Assembly: GCA_013911465.1 (NCBI GenBank)
Contig: JACETE010000003.1
Location: 1-44,799 of the forward strand
Origin: Candidatus Poseidoniales archaeon
GTDB taxonomy: Archaea; Thermoplasmatota; Poseidoniia; Poseidoniales; Poseidoniaceae
Direction: 5' to 3'
Length of the DNA stretch: 44,799 nt
In this document: positions 10,280 through 18,849 of the stretch, one piece after another
How positions within the stretch are numbered: the stretch's first letter is position 1
How the letters are laid out: each line of letters begins with the position of its first letter
Made by a program: the position numbers and the translations under genes
Notes under the pieces: generated by a model
The model's input: the letters and a program-made list of their open reading frames with translations, nothing else
Told to the model about the DNA's origin: nothing
Database searches by the model: none

Positions 10280-11575
10280 TTACTTACGAATCTCTTCTAG
10301 AATTTCAGCAACTCTTGTCTGGGTCTTGTGCCCTTCTTCGGAGATTAACAATTGTGCGACCTTCTCAATCTCATCACCAACGGCGCCTGCGCTTACGGCC
10401 ATGTTCTTCGCATGAAGGCGCATATGGCCTTTCTGGATGCCACTGGTGGCAAGGGCTCGCAGGGCACCTAGATTCTGGGCTAGTCCTGCTGCAGCCATCA
10501 CAGAGGCTAATTCCTGGGCTGATTCTACGCCGAGTATCTCGAGATTCGTCCGAGCCACTGGATGGACCTTGGATGCGCCTCCTACGATGCCTACAGCCAT
10601 CGGTGTTTCGATGGTTCCAACCAAATTGCCCTCAGAGTCTTTTTCCCAGTGCGTAATCGAACCATATCGGCCTTGATGGTGAGCGACGTAAGCGTGACAT
10701 CCTGCTTCAACAGCCCTCCAATCTTGGCCACAGGCCACTGCGACTGCAGAAATACCGTTCATGACTCCTTTGTTGTGCGTAGCGGCCCTGTAGGCATCTG
10801 CCATTGCAAAATGATGTGCTTGAAGAATGCCTTCAATGATGGATGCGCCTTCATCGTGATCGCCACTATTGCTCATTTCTTTAGGTGTGAAGGTTGCAGA
10901 AACTCGTGCGAGTCGTTGTGTGGCTAAATTCGAGAGGATTCTCAACAATGAGCGTCCTTGACTGATGGTTTCAAGTTCAGGTGCGAGAAGTTCAGCCATG
11001 GTATTGACTGCATTTGCCCCCATAGCATCTCTACAATCGACATGGATGTGGACGATAAGCATCGGCCCAGAAAGAGTCTCTATTGACCGAGTTGAGATGT
11101 TCTTACACCCTCCACCCAGACGAATCATAGTGGATGGAAGGCTGTTTGCCAGAGCCATGAGTTTAGTTTTTTCTTCCTCAATACGGACCATCGCATGATC
11201 ATGGTCAATCACATCAAGAAGTTGAATTTGCGCAATCATCATCGGTTTGTCGTTGTTGGATACAAATCCTCCGTTTGCATGGCAACGTTTGGCCATGTTG
11301 GATGCAGCAGCAACAACACTTGATTCTTCGAGGCAAAATGGCACGACGTAATGCTTTCCGTCGATGATGAAATTGGTTGCAACACCAACAGGTAGGGACA
11401 TTGTTCCGATGACATTCTCGATCATGCGATCGGCAGCAGCATCGTCCAACTCTCCATTTGCTGCTAGAGCGGCAACCTGCTCTTCAGTAAGTCCAGCAAG
11501 CTCTGCGATCCTTTGCCTGCGTTCTTCGACATCAAGTTTGTAGAAGCCTTTGAGGCGGCTATTGTCCACTGGCAT
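10280..11575 (-). CDS. mvaA: HMG-CoA reductase, class II (bacterial/degradative type)
   Basis: MIENVIG, EESSVVAAAS, DAMGANAVN, ATHNKGVMNG, GQDWRAVEAG, GIQKGHMRLHA. Start refined to ATG 11575 (GAGGAGA SD upstream). Confidence 0.93.
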   Translation of the reverse strand: MPVDNSRLKGFYKLDVEERRQRIAELAGLTEEQVAALAANGELDDAAADRMIENVIGTMSLPVGVATNFIIDGKHYVVPFCLEESSVVAAASNMAKRCHANGGFVSNNDKPMMIAQIQLLDVIDHDHAMVRIEEEKTKLMALANSLPSTMIRLGGGCKNISTRSIETLSGPMLIVHIHVDCRDAMGANAVNTMAELLAPELETISQGRSLLRILSNLATQRLARVSATFTPKEMSNSGDHDEGASIIEGILQAHHFAMADAYRAATHNKGVMNGISAVAVACGQDWRAVEAGCHAYVAHHQGRYGSITHWEKDSEGNLVGTIETPMAVGIVGGASKVHPVARTNLEILGVESAQELASVMAAAGLAQNLGALRALATSGIQKGHMRLHAKNMAVSAGAVGDEIEKVAQLLISEEGHKTQTRVAEILEEIRK

Positions 11576-11630
11576 GGTGTTCTCCTCGTTCCTTGCGAAG
11601 AGAGCAAGATGCATGAACCAATCGGAAGAA

Positions 11631-11723
11631 ATTAACGGGTTTAACGCTTAAATTAACGCGTTATATTTGCGTTAATCATGCGTTAATACGGCTAATTTAC
11701 TTGCTCCCGCATCCCGATTAACG
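11631..11723. repeat. Array of short ATTAACGC-like direct and inverted repeats in a divergent intergenic region (probable protein-binding sites)
   Basis: TTAACG at 11632, 11641, 11653 and 11718. GCGTTAAT at 11669 and 11680, degenerate CGGCTAAT at 11689. Core perfect IR ATTAACGC-N9-GCGTTAAT at 11652-11676. Confidence 0.8.
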
Positions 11724-11792
11724 TTTCATAACACGTCTGTTCAAGCCTCCTTTCTTGTGAAATGTCATATACTTGGTTGAAGTTGCTCGGGC

Positions 11793-13511
11793 ATGCATGG
11801 AAATACCATTGATTTCGGTTTCCCTACATTGAGTAAAGATCCATTCTCATCAAGTCCACTCGACAAAGATGAGTTTGATCTCTTGGTTGGACGCCATATG
11901 TTGTTTGATGAACTTGAGCGAAAGATTACCTTCAAATCCGCAGACCGCATCCTTTTGGTTGGCGAATTCGGGTCCGGAAAGACTTCCTTCATGCAATGCC
12001 TAGGTTCCCGGACCAATCTGCATATCAATCTGGACAGGATTTCTATTTCAGAACCTGGAATCGAGTTGCTAAAAGAGATGTATGCTCAGTTGATTGATGC
12101 CTCTCCTCCCAATGATTATCAGAAACTGAGTCGTGACTTGCAACGAATGTTGCATGATTCACGACAAATGTTACCGCTCATCACCGTTGATGCTGAAATG
12201 GCTAATTTTTCATCACTGGAAGCCTGCCTTCGCTCCTCTCTTCCGTTTTTCGAGCGTCTGCCCGTGTTGTTTGTGATTGCCATCAATCCTCAACAGCAAT
12301 CGCTCATTTCAGAACAATTGTTACAACGATTTGAAGTGAGGACGATGAAAAGTTTGGACGTTGATGGTGTGAAGGCGCTTGTTGAACGACGAATTGCAAA
12401 AGCCTCCACTCAACCTTATGCGATGGCAACAGAAGATGCACATCGATTACTTCAGCTCAGTCAAAGTGGCCAACCCGGTCATCTTATCCGAACACTTCGG
12501 AATGTAGTTTCAGGACAATTCGTAGCTCCAAGTCCAGCACCTCCTCCTTTGGAGGAATTGAACCCTGAACCTCAATCATTGGTTGAGGTCCGACCTGCGC
12601 CAATTGAAACAGATGTTCATGTTCCCGATGACGAGGTTGTTGAAGACAATCCCGAAGATGAATCCGGTCTTGAAGAATGGGAGGAGACTCCTGGAATGAC
12701 GCAAGCATCAGGTTTTGATCTCGACTTCGGAATCCTTGACAAACCAGTGGAAGAGCCTACTGTTGAAGTGCCTCAAGAAGTTGAGATCGAAGAAGAGGGT
12801 GAAGAATCTGATGATTCCTATGTAACAGAAGATAGCCTTCCATTCGTTGGAGTTTTTGGTGGTTTAAGAAACAGGAGAAAAATAGTCAACAATGACCTTG
12901 ATGCTTCCTTGGATGCTCAGTTTAAGCCCACTGAAAAGGGGACTGCGTTCTGGAGTGCAGAAAAGAACGCTCATGTTGATGAACCGAGGGAGATTATCGA
13001 TGATGAGGTCAAGGATGTAATCTCAGAGCCTGAGGAATTTATCGATCATGAAGTTGAACCAATCGATTTGCAAAATATTGGTTTTCCTGAGGAAGCTTCA
13101 TTGGACTCAAATGCAATTGAAACGTTTACTCGTCTCTTAGCTCAAGTTCTCCACCCGGCTTCGGGTCGATTGAATGGAGAAGAGGACCTCATCGAGCGAT
13201 TACAGGCACTCTCTCGGCCCAAATTTACTGAAAAGGAAGAACATATTCTCAGCGTTGCAGTCCTGAGTTCTCTAACAGCCTCGGAATCGATCGTTGTGGC
13301 GGAGGCGAAGGGAAGAAACATTTCTCCTTCCGACAAGGCACTACTTTCTCGATTATCGATAAAGCGTGCACGTCTTTCTCAGATTTGCAACCGATTGCAT
13401 AAAGCAGGAATCCTTCATGTTCGAATGGTGGGACGATCTCGCATGTTCGGGCTAACAAGAACTGCGCTGGCACAATTGATTGCTTGGGGCATCGTTGGAG
13501 GTGATGAGTGA
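11793..13511 (+). CDS. P-loop (AAA+/STAND-like) ATPase with acidic linker and C-terminal winged-helix domain
   Basis: DPF..P...LVGR N-terminal motif, Walker A GEFGSGKT, degenerate Walker B (LITVDAE), GQP motif, long Glu/Asp/Pro-rich linker, C-terminal RLSIKRARLSQICNRLHKAGILHVRMVGRSRMFGLT (wHTH-like). Confidence 0.7.
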   Translation: MHGNTIDFGFPTLSKDPFSSSPLDKDEFDLLVGRHMLFDELERKITFKSADRILLVGEFGSGKTSFMQCLGSRTNLHINLDRISISEPGIELLKEMYAQLIDASPPNDYQKLSRDLQRMLHDSRQMLPLITVDAEMANFSSLEACLRSSLPFFERLPVLFVIAINPQQQSLISEQLLQRFEVRTMKSLDVDGVKALVERRIAKASTQPYAMATEDAHRLLQLSQSGQPGHLIRTLRNVVSGQFVAPSPAPPPLEELNPEPQSLVEVRPAPIETDVHVPDDEVVEDNPEDESGLEEWEETPGMTQASGFDLDFGILDKPVEEPTVEVPQEVEIEEEGEESDDSYVTEDSLPFVGVFGGLRNRRKIVNNDLDASLDAQFKPTEKGTAFWSAEKNAHVDEPREIIDDEVKDVISEPEEFIDHEVEPIDLQNIGFPEEASLDSNAIETFTRLLAQVLHPASGRLNGEEDLIERLQALSRPKFTEKEEHILSVAVLSSLTASESIVVAEAKGRNISPSDKALLSRLSIKRARLSQICNRLHKAGILHVRMVGRSRMFGLTRTALAQLIAWGIVGGDE

Positions 13512-14560
13512 TGGATTGGTCTGTAACGTGGTCTTGGCAAGCACCATCGCGCATTAGTGCGGTCGAATCCGTCAATGGCCATCTGTGCGTTGCTTTTGGT
13601 CTTGAATTGGTATTGTTCAACGATGATAATGAAGTTCGATGGCAACGAAGTATGCCCTTCAAAGTGCACGCAATTTGCAATGCAGATGGACGAATAGGGG
13701 TTCTTGCTGCACATGCGTTCTATTTGCTTAATACCGTTGATGGCTCTATGGTTCATGAGGGTCGTTCGAGCCCTGGAGGGTTTATCCACCTCCTGAATCG
13801 CCCTGGAGGGGGTTGGGTGTTGTCAGGTAGGGATGGTAACTTGCATCTCTTTGATGCGAATGGAATCGGCATCCGACGCATTCAGTCAGGTGTTGTCCGC
13901 CGTCTTGTTGGATGGTTGGATCGAGAACATTTGCTCTGGCAGGATGCCAATGGTGTTGTCTATTGTGGCCAAATAGCCCAGCAAGATAAGCGAAGAGTTG
14001 TTGATACGACGGTTTGGAGTTGGGTTTCAACACTCACCGATGGTCGTATCCTTCTTCAGTCTGCAGATGGGAAACTCTGGGATGGAATACCCCATCCATA
14101 CGGCTGGGATTCCCTTGAGCGGGTTGAAATCGAATCTCTTGAACCTCTGATGGCAACTCGTACAGGAGATGGCTGGTGGGTATTAGGAATCGAAGGACAC
14201 CTGGATCATATGAGTTCTGAAGACGGTGAGGTACGAATCGGCGAGGGAATGAATCTTGGCGACCTCTTGATTCGACTTGGAAAGAATTCGATGGTGACTT
14301 CCCGTCGAGATGGATTAGTGCGCCGATGGGTCGCTCCGCATCTCGCTGAGGAACAGCGTCGACACCGCCATAGAGAGGCTGCAGATGCGAAATTAGCACG
14401 TTCCTGGGATGAACGAAGACAATTGTTCCAACGAGCTCAGGCTGCTGAAGATGAAGGCCGTCTTTCACGTGCAGTCGAACTATACGAAGCGTTGGGCAGG
14501 AAAGAAGACGTTCAGCGATTGTTGCGCAGGCAAAAGGGAGGTGAGGGGTCTGAATCCTGA
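13511..14560 (+). CDS. Beta-propeller (WD40/PQQ-like) protein with C-terminal helical TPR-like segment
   Basis: Repeated blade-like motifs (LSGRDGNLHLFD, LQSADGKLWD, TSRRDGLVRRW) and a C-terminal AQAAEDEGRLSRAVELYEALG. TGATG overlap with the upstream ATPase stop, GGAGGTGA SD at 13497. Confidence 0.6.
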   Translation: MDWSVTWSWQAPSRISAVESVNGHLCVAFGLELVLFNDDNEVRWQRSMPFKVHAICNADGRIGVLAAHAFYLLNTVDGSMVHEGRSSPGGFIHLLNRPGGGWVLSGRDGNLHLFDANGIGIRRIQSGVVRRLVGWLDREHLLWQDANGVVYCGQIAQQDKRRVVDTTVWSWVSTLTDGRILLQSADGKLWDGIPHPYGWDSLERVEIESLEPLMATRTGDGWWVLGIEGHLDHMSSEDGEVRIGEGMNLGDLLIRLGKNSMVTSRRDGLVRRWVAPHLAEEQRRHRHREAADAKLARSWDERRQLFQRAQAAEDEGRLSRAVELYEALGRKEDVQRLLRRQKGGEGSES

Positions 14561-14843
14561 TGAAACTCTAACAGTAGATCGTGTCAAGCACTATCTTTCC
14601 ATCACTGAAAAGGCACGCTCGAAGGCAACATCCCTTGCCTCAACGGCTGAAGAGGAATCCATGGTCACTACGTTACTCTCAATGGCTGATGACTATGCAA
14701 GTGATGCGCAGTATTTCCTCAAACAAGGTGATCTCATTCGAGCTTTCGGAGCGATCAACTATGCACACGCTTGGATTGATGCAGGAGTAAAGTTACGCTT
14801 ACTCGACGGACACGGTGATGACGTTCTCTTCACGCTGCCGTGA
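14541..14843 (+). CDS. DUF357 family archaeal protein
   Basis: MA.DY.SDA.YF...GD...AFGAINYAHAWIDAG...L pattern typical of DUF357. Start uncertain (GTG 14541 or CTG 14550); the 14409 start in the ORF track overlaps the previous gene and is unlikely. Confidence 0.8.
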   Translation: MRGLNPDETLTVDRVKHYLSITEKARSKATSLASTAEEESMVTTLLSMADDYASDAQYFLKQGDLIRAFGAINYAHAWIDAGVKLRLLDGHGDDVLFTLP

Positions 14844-15234
14844 ATGCGTTCATTTGCTTTGATTCTAAACTATTTACCAATTCTCGTACGGATTCAATAT
14901 CATCCAAAATCTCTTTTGCTCTCTTTTTTGCAAGATTTACGAATGGTTGAATGGATTGCTCAAGACTCATTCTTAATCTGTAAATGTGTGCAGGGCGTCC
15001 ACGTGATGACTCTGATTTTGGAGAGAAATGAACGAGATTCATCTCTCGAAGTTCTGAAATCGCCATACTCACATCAGGTTGTCGGATGTTGCAATAGTCT
15101 TGAAGATCCTTTGATGATGCCGCACCATGGTGATGCAAACAAAGGAGTACACTTGCTGTATTCTCATTCGCTCCCAATTGAATGAGTTTTTGTCGAAGTG
15201 AGAGTTGTATTGCATTCTTTGCTTCTGGCTGCAT
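14830..15234 (-). CDS. Euryarchaeal wHTH transcriptional regulator (COG4738/AF1396-like)
   Basis: IRQPDVSMAISELRE...RGRPAHIYRL matches the LRQPEVS.A...GRP...Y.L family pattern. Confidence 0.75.
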   Translation of the reverse strand: MQPEAKNAIQLSLRQKLIQLGANENTASVLLCLHHHGAASSKDLQDYCNIRQPDVSMAISELREMNLVHFSPKSESSRGRPAHIYRLRMSLEQSIQPFVNLAKKRAKEILDDIESVRELVNSLESKQMNAFTAA

Positions 15235-15255
15235 GCTCTTATTACAAAAGTGAGG

Positions 15256-15263
15256 ATATATAA
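15256..15263 (-). promoter_or_regulatory. Putative TATA box for the wHTH regulator (likely leaderless mRNA)
   Basis: TTATATAT on the minus strand centred about 25-26 nt upstream of ATG 15234. No obvious SD. Confidence 0.5.
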
Positions 15264-15320
15264 TAGCATCACCGACGTTTTATTGAGAATTATATATTTT
15301 ATTAATTTAGGAGAGAGAAA

Positions 15321-15341
15321 TTATTGTCAAACCGACAATAA
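15321..15341. promoter_or_regulatory. Perfect 8-bp inverted repeat (operator or terminator hairpin)
   Basis: TTATTGTC-AAACC-GACAATAA just downstream of the PIN gene stop and upstream of the regulator promoter. Confidence 0.45.
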
Positions 15342-15348
15342 ATTTCAT

Positions 15349-15723
15349 CTATAGACCATTGATCAATCTGATGTTTTTACCCTGCAAAACTTCGATGATT
15401 CCAATTCCGTTCTCGAAGGACTGGCGCTTGAGTTGAGAATCAACTGTAAGGATTGGTATGTTGAGAGAACTGGCTACTTCAAGCAGAGCATTGTCCGTAT
15501 GCATTGTGGGATGTTCGATTTGAGTTGAGCGTTGGAGCAAGAGATCCAGCATCAATTTCTTTCCACGAGGACGCTCGGATTCTATCCCTTCCAGTTCTTC
15601 AAGGACCAAGTCAAGCAGAATGAAATGGGGCGGTCCAACAATCTGGGAAAGGGCCGTATCAATGTTGAACTCGCCATCAATAAGTGCGACCCATCCGCAA
15701 GCATCAATGAGCACGTCGCCCAT
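15349..15723 (-). CDS. PIN-domain protein (Fcf1/Utp24-like, COG1412)
   Basis: VLIDAC, VLEEL, HTDNALL, ILTVDSQLK acidic PIN motifs. Typical archaeal position downstream of rps6e-eif2g. Confidence 0.8.
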   Translation of the reverse strand: MGDVLIDACGWVALIDGEFNIDTALSQIVGPPHFILLDLVLEELEGIESERPRGKKLMLDLLLQRSTQIEHPTMHTDNALLEVASSLNIPILTVDSQLKRQSFENGIGIIEVLQGKNIRLINGL

Positions 15724-15732
15724 CTTTTCACC

Positions 15733-16971
15733 TCAAAGAATGGTCCCGTGACCAATGAGTCTCCATCGTGCTCCAACTCGACGAGAGAGGGACACACGTT
15801 GACCATGATCTGCACATATTGGAAGGCGAAGTTGGAGATTTGCTTTCCCCTTTTCAACGCCCTTAACGATGCCAACTGAGGTTGATGTTGCTACATTGAC
15901 CATCAACATCTCATTGTTTCGTAGAGGATAGATAGTTTCAGGTTGTTCTCCTTCGCCTGCAACCATGTTCTTCATCAAATGAATTTCAATTGAACATTCA
16001 GTCCGTACTTCTGGCAATTCGCCTTTCTTAGCGAGTACTTGGCCTGATAAGTTGTCGGCAGTCGTGATGGATGGATCAAGGAGAGTCCCAAATCCACATA
16101 GCCCACCAGCAGTCATTTGGTCGCGCTTTCCGCCACCACCTTGCATACTCGTGATGGTGGTTTCAATGGGTTCCCAATGGGATTTGTTTCCATTTTCGAT
16201 TTTACGGCCTGGTCCAATGATGATTTCATCACCCTCGCGAAAGATTCCTTCAACGATGGAACCTCCAATGACTCCACCAGTCAGCTTGGTAGGTCTGGTT
16301 CCGGGTCGGTTGACATCAAATGAACGTGCAATATGCATTACAGCTCGATCATCGGAATCACGGTCAGGAGTAGGGATTGTCTTCTCAATTGCTTCGATTA
16401 AGATGTCCAAGTTCACGTCATGATGAGCTGAGACTGGAATAATTGGTGCTTCTTCTGCAATCGTTCCTTTGAGGAACGTTTTGATCTCATTGTAAGATTC
16501 CATTGCTCGATCTCTGGAGACCAAATCGATTTTGTTTTGAACAATCACGATGTTCTTGATTCCTGCAATTTCCAATGCCATCAAGTGTTCACGCGTTTGT
16601 GGCTGAGGGCAACTCTCGTTTGCGGCTACCATAAGCATGGCGCCATCCATAATTGAAGCACCCGTGATCATGATTGCCATCAACGTCTCGTGACCAGGTG
16701 CATCAACAAAGGAAACAACACGCTGAAGTTCAGAATCGACATCCTTTCCACCTTCTGGATGACGTCCTGTTGCGTAATATTGGCCAGAACCAGTTTTGTA
16801 AAATGCAGTATCTGCATAACCGAGTTTAATCGAAATACCTCGACGTCGTTCCTCTGAATGAGTATCGGTCCAAACACCAGAAAGAGCTTGTGTCAATGTT
16901 GTCTTGCCATGGTCAACGTGACCAACAAGTCCGATATTGACTTCAGGTTGGGTTGGAAGCGTTCGTCCCAT
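15733..16971 (-). CDS. eif2g: Translation initiation factor 2 subunit gamma
   Basis: QPEVNIGLVGHVDHGKTT, RGISIKLGY, DAPGHE, PQPQTREH, NKID, RWRLIG. Confidence 0.97.
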   Translation of the reverse strand: MGRTLPTQPEVNIGLVGHVDHGKTTLTQALSGVWTDTHSEERRRGISIKLGYADTAFYKTGSGQYYATGRHPEGGKDVDSELQRVVSFVDAPGHETLMAIMITGASIMDGAMLMVAANESCPQPQTREHLMALEIAGIKNIVIVQNKIDLVSRDRAMESYNEIKTFLKGTIAEEAPIIPVSAHHDVNLDILIEAIEKTIPTPDRDSDDRAVMHIARSFDVNRPGTRPTKLTGGVIGGSIVEGIFREGDEIIIGPGRKIENGNKSHWEPIETTITSMQGGGGKRDQMTAGGLCGFGTLLDPSITTADNLSGQVLAKKGELPEVRTECSIEIHLMKNMVAGEGEQPETIYPLRNNEMLMVNVATSTSVGIVKGVEKGKANLQLRLPICADHGQRVSLSRRVGARWRLIGHGTIL

Positions 16972-17013
16972 GCTTCCAATCCTCCTTGTTCACCGATTCA
17001 ACCCTCTCGGGTT

Positions 17014-17529
17014 TCACTCCGCTGCAGCTTCTTCCTCACCGAGCAACTTGTCAAGGCCGATGTTTCCGGCATCAACAACTTTGAGATTGATTTGTCGCGT
17101 ATCTTGTGTGATTGTGTTTCCACGGAAGACACGTCGCTTTCGCATACCTTCTGGCTTGTATCGGAATCGCTTCTTTTCACCCTTCTTGGTCTTGGAAACG
17201 AGGCTGTGTCCTTTGAAACCTGTCGATGCAGTGACGAGAATGGCTTGTCGAGAACCTCCCTCGAGATCTCGACGCATTGGTGTCCCTGTCTTGTCAGATC
17301 CACCTGTTATTTCGAGTTTGTAACCGGTCAAGGTTGATTCACCTTCTCCGACGAAGATTCCATCGATGACATCACCGATCTTCTTTCCGAGCAATTGAGC
17401 ATGATTATTTCCAGAAATAACAGTCTTGAAGGAAGGTGAATAGGTCTTCTCCTTACCGTTCTTGGTGGTACGGGTCAACTTGGTAGTGGTGTCGTTGACC
17501 ACTGCAACAAATGAATTTCCATCAGCCAT
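17014..17529 (-). CDS. rps6e: 30S ribosomal protein S6e
   Basis: LLGKKIGD.IDG, GYKLEITGGSDKTG.PMR.D, G.RKRR..RGNTI...QINLKVV. Start refined to ATG 17529. Confidence 0.93.
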   Translation of the reverse strand: MADGNSFVAVVNDTTTKLTRTTKNGKEKTYSPSFKTVISGNNHAQLLGKKIGDVIDGIFVGEGESTLTGYKLEITGGSDKTGTPMRRDLEGGSRQAILVTASTGFKGHSLVSKTKKGEKKRFRYKPEGMRKRRVFRGNTITQDTRQINLKVVDAGNIGLDKLLGEEEAAAE

Positions 17530-17593
17530 GGTGCATTCCTCTAGCAACCTAGCGACAAACGACCCCTATTTAGCCTCACCGCATGCTATTTGT

Positions 17594-18781
17594 TCATTTG
17601 CGTTTGAGTTTTCGTGCGACACGACCTTCAATTCGTGCAGCCACATCAACTGGGAGGGCATGTGGCATCGAAATATGGGTCGTTCTTCCCCGGCCCTCGC
17701 CAACGGTGTCAACTCGAGTGGCGATGATGCTCAATCCCTCGATTTGTTTGAGGAACTTCCAGACCGTAGTGTGACTTCGGGGTTTAACTTCGTATTCTTC
17801 ACAAATGACAGCATAAATTGATTCAACATCTTTGCTCGTCATGAATTCTGCTTTTCGTAAGCGACGACAGATGCCAAGCAAGACCAACATTGAATGTCCC
17901 GATAGTTCGTCGAGAACGTCCTCAGGCATGACTTGTGGAACCTCTCTCGCTTTGGTTTGAACATGCTCAGCCATGAGTTGCTTCATCCCTTCAGATTCGG
18001 CATGCTCCACAGCAGCTCCCAGCAATTCAATCACTTGTCGTGCATCACCCGAGGGTGCGGCTGAGGTTGCAATCAATTTCAAGATTTCATCATCCCATGA
18101 TTTTGGATTCAAGGCAGCCTCTGCACGTTGCTGAGCAATGGCCTGGAGACCTTTCATATCGTAAGGAGGGATTGGTAAATGATTGGTGTGCCCAAACCGA
18201 GAAATAACAGCGTTTTCAAGAACATCAAGAACTTGTTCCTGGCTGATGAGGATGAGGGAGAGTGTGCCACTACCTTCCTGATCTTCATCGATTCGAAGCA
18301 ATTGATAGATGAGATCATTCCCTGATTTGCGCAGTAAATGATCGACTTCATCCAAGACGATGATCAGATGTCGGCCGTTGTTTCTTAGCAATTTTCTGAG
18401 ACTGCTTAGCAACTCGCCCATTGAAAGCCCTCTGTCAGGATGGCCAGGATCCAATGACTGGACAATTCGTTGCGCTACACGAACATTGGTCGTCGCATTC
18501 CGACAATTGATGTGGACGCTTCTCAACGGTCGTTTGTTTCGGAGGTGGTGGCGTATATCCCGGCAAAAGGTGCGGGCAAGAAGCGTCTTCCCGCTTCCTA
18601 CTGGACCGGTAATGACCACGTTAGCGCTTCCATTTGGATGGGCAATGGAATGGAATTTCCCTGCAAGATTCTGCTGAATACTCTCTCGTCCTACCATCTC
18701 TTCTGGAATGTAGTCAAAGTCCAGAGGATCAGGATTCAGAAGGATGAATCCTGAACCAATTCGGTCGAGGTAGTCGCTCAT
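17594..18781 (-). CDS. cdc6: Orc1/Cdc6 family replication initiator
   Basis: LDFDYIPEEMVGRE, Walker A GPVGSGKT, HINC, Walker B IIVLDEVD, PPY, sensor GDAR, C-terminal wHTH GRGRTT. Start refined to ATG 18781. Confidence 0.93.
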   Translation of the reverse strand: MSDYLDRIGSGFILLNPDPLDFDYIPEEMVGRESIQQNLAGKFHSIAHPNGSANVVITGPVGSGKTLLARTFCRDIRHHLRNKRPLRSVHINCRNATTNVRVAQRIVQSLDPGHPDRGLSMGELLSSLRKLLRNNGRHLIIVLDEVDHLLRKSGNDLIYQLLRIDEDQEGSGTLSLILISQEQVLDVLENAVISRFGHTNHLPIPPYDMKGLQAIAQQRAEAALNPKSWDDEILKLIATSAAPSGDARQVIELLGAAVEHAESEGMKQLMAEHVQTKAREVPQVMPEDVLDELSGHSMLVLLGICRRLRKAEFMTSKDVESIYAVICEEYEVKPRSHTTVWKFLKQIEGLSIIATRVDTVGEGRGRTTHISMPHALPVDVAARIEGRVARKLKRK

Positions 18782-18849
18782 GTTGATTGCATCTTGATGC
18801 CAACCGTTCTTGAACACTCGCTCTTTCTCAGAGGAAAAAAGACCGAAGT

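Noticed and set aside
10280-11575. Class II HMG-CoA reductase (and gyrase) as novel horizontal transfers
   Set aside because: Bacterial-type HMGR and gyrase are already established in Thermoplasmatota and other euryarchaea.
11631-11723. Repeat array as CRISPR
   Set aside because: Units are only 6-8 bp, in both orientations, with no spacers and no cas genes.
15349-15723. PIN gene as a VapC toxin
   Set aside because: No upstream antitoxin. Its position after rps6e-eif2g is the usual archaeal context of the Fcf1/Utp24-like PIN protein.
17530-18849. Canonical ORB-containing origin flanking cdc6
   Set aside because: Flanking gaps are only about 65-70 bp and I see no TCCA..GAAAC/G-string ORB motif.
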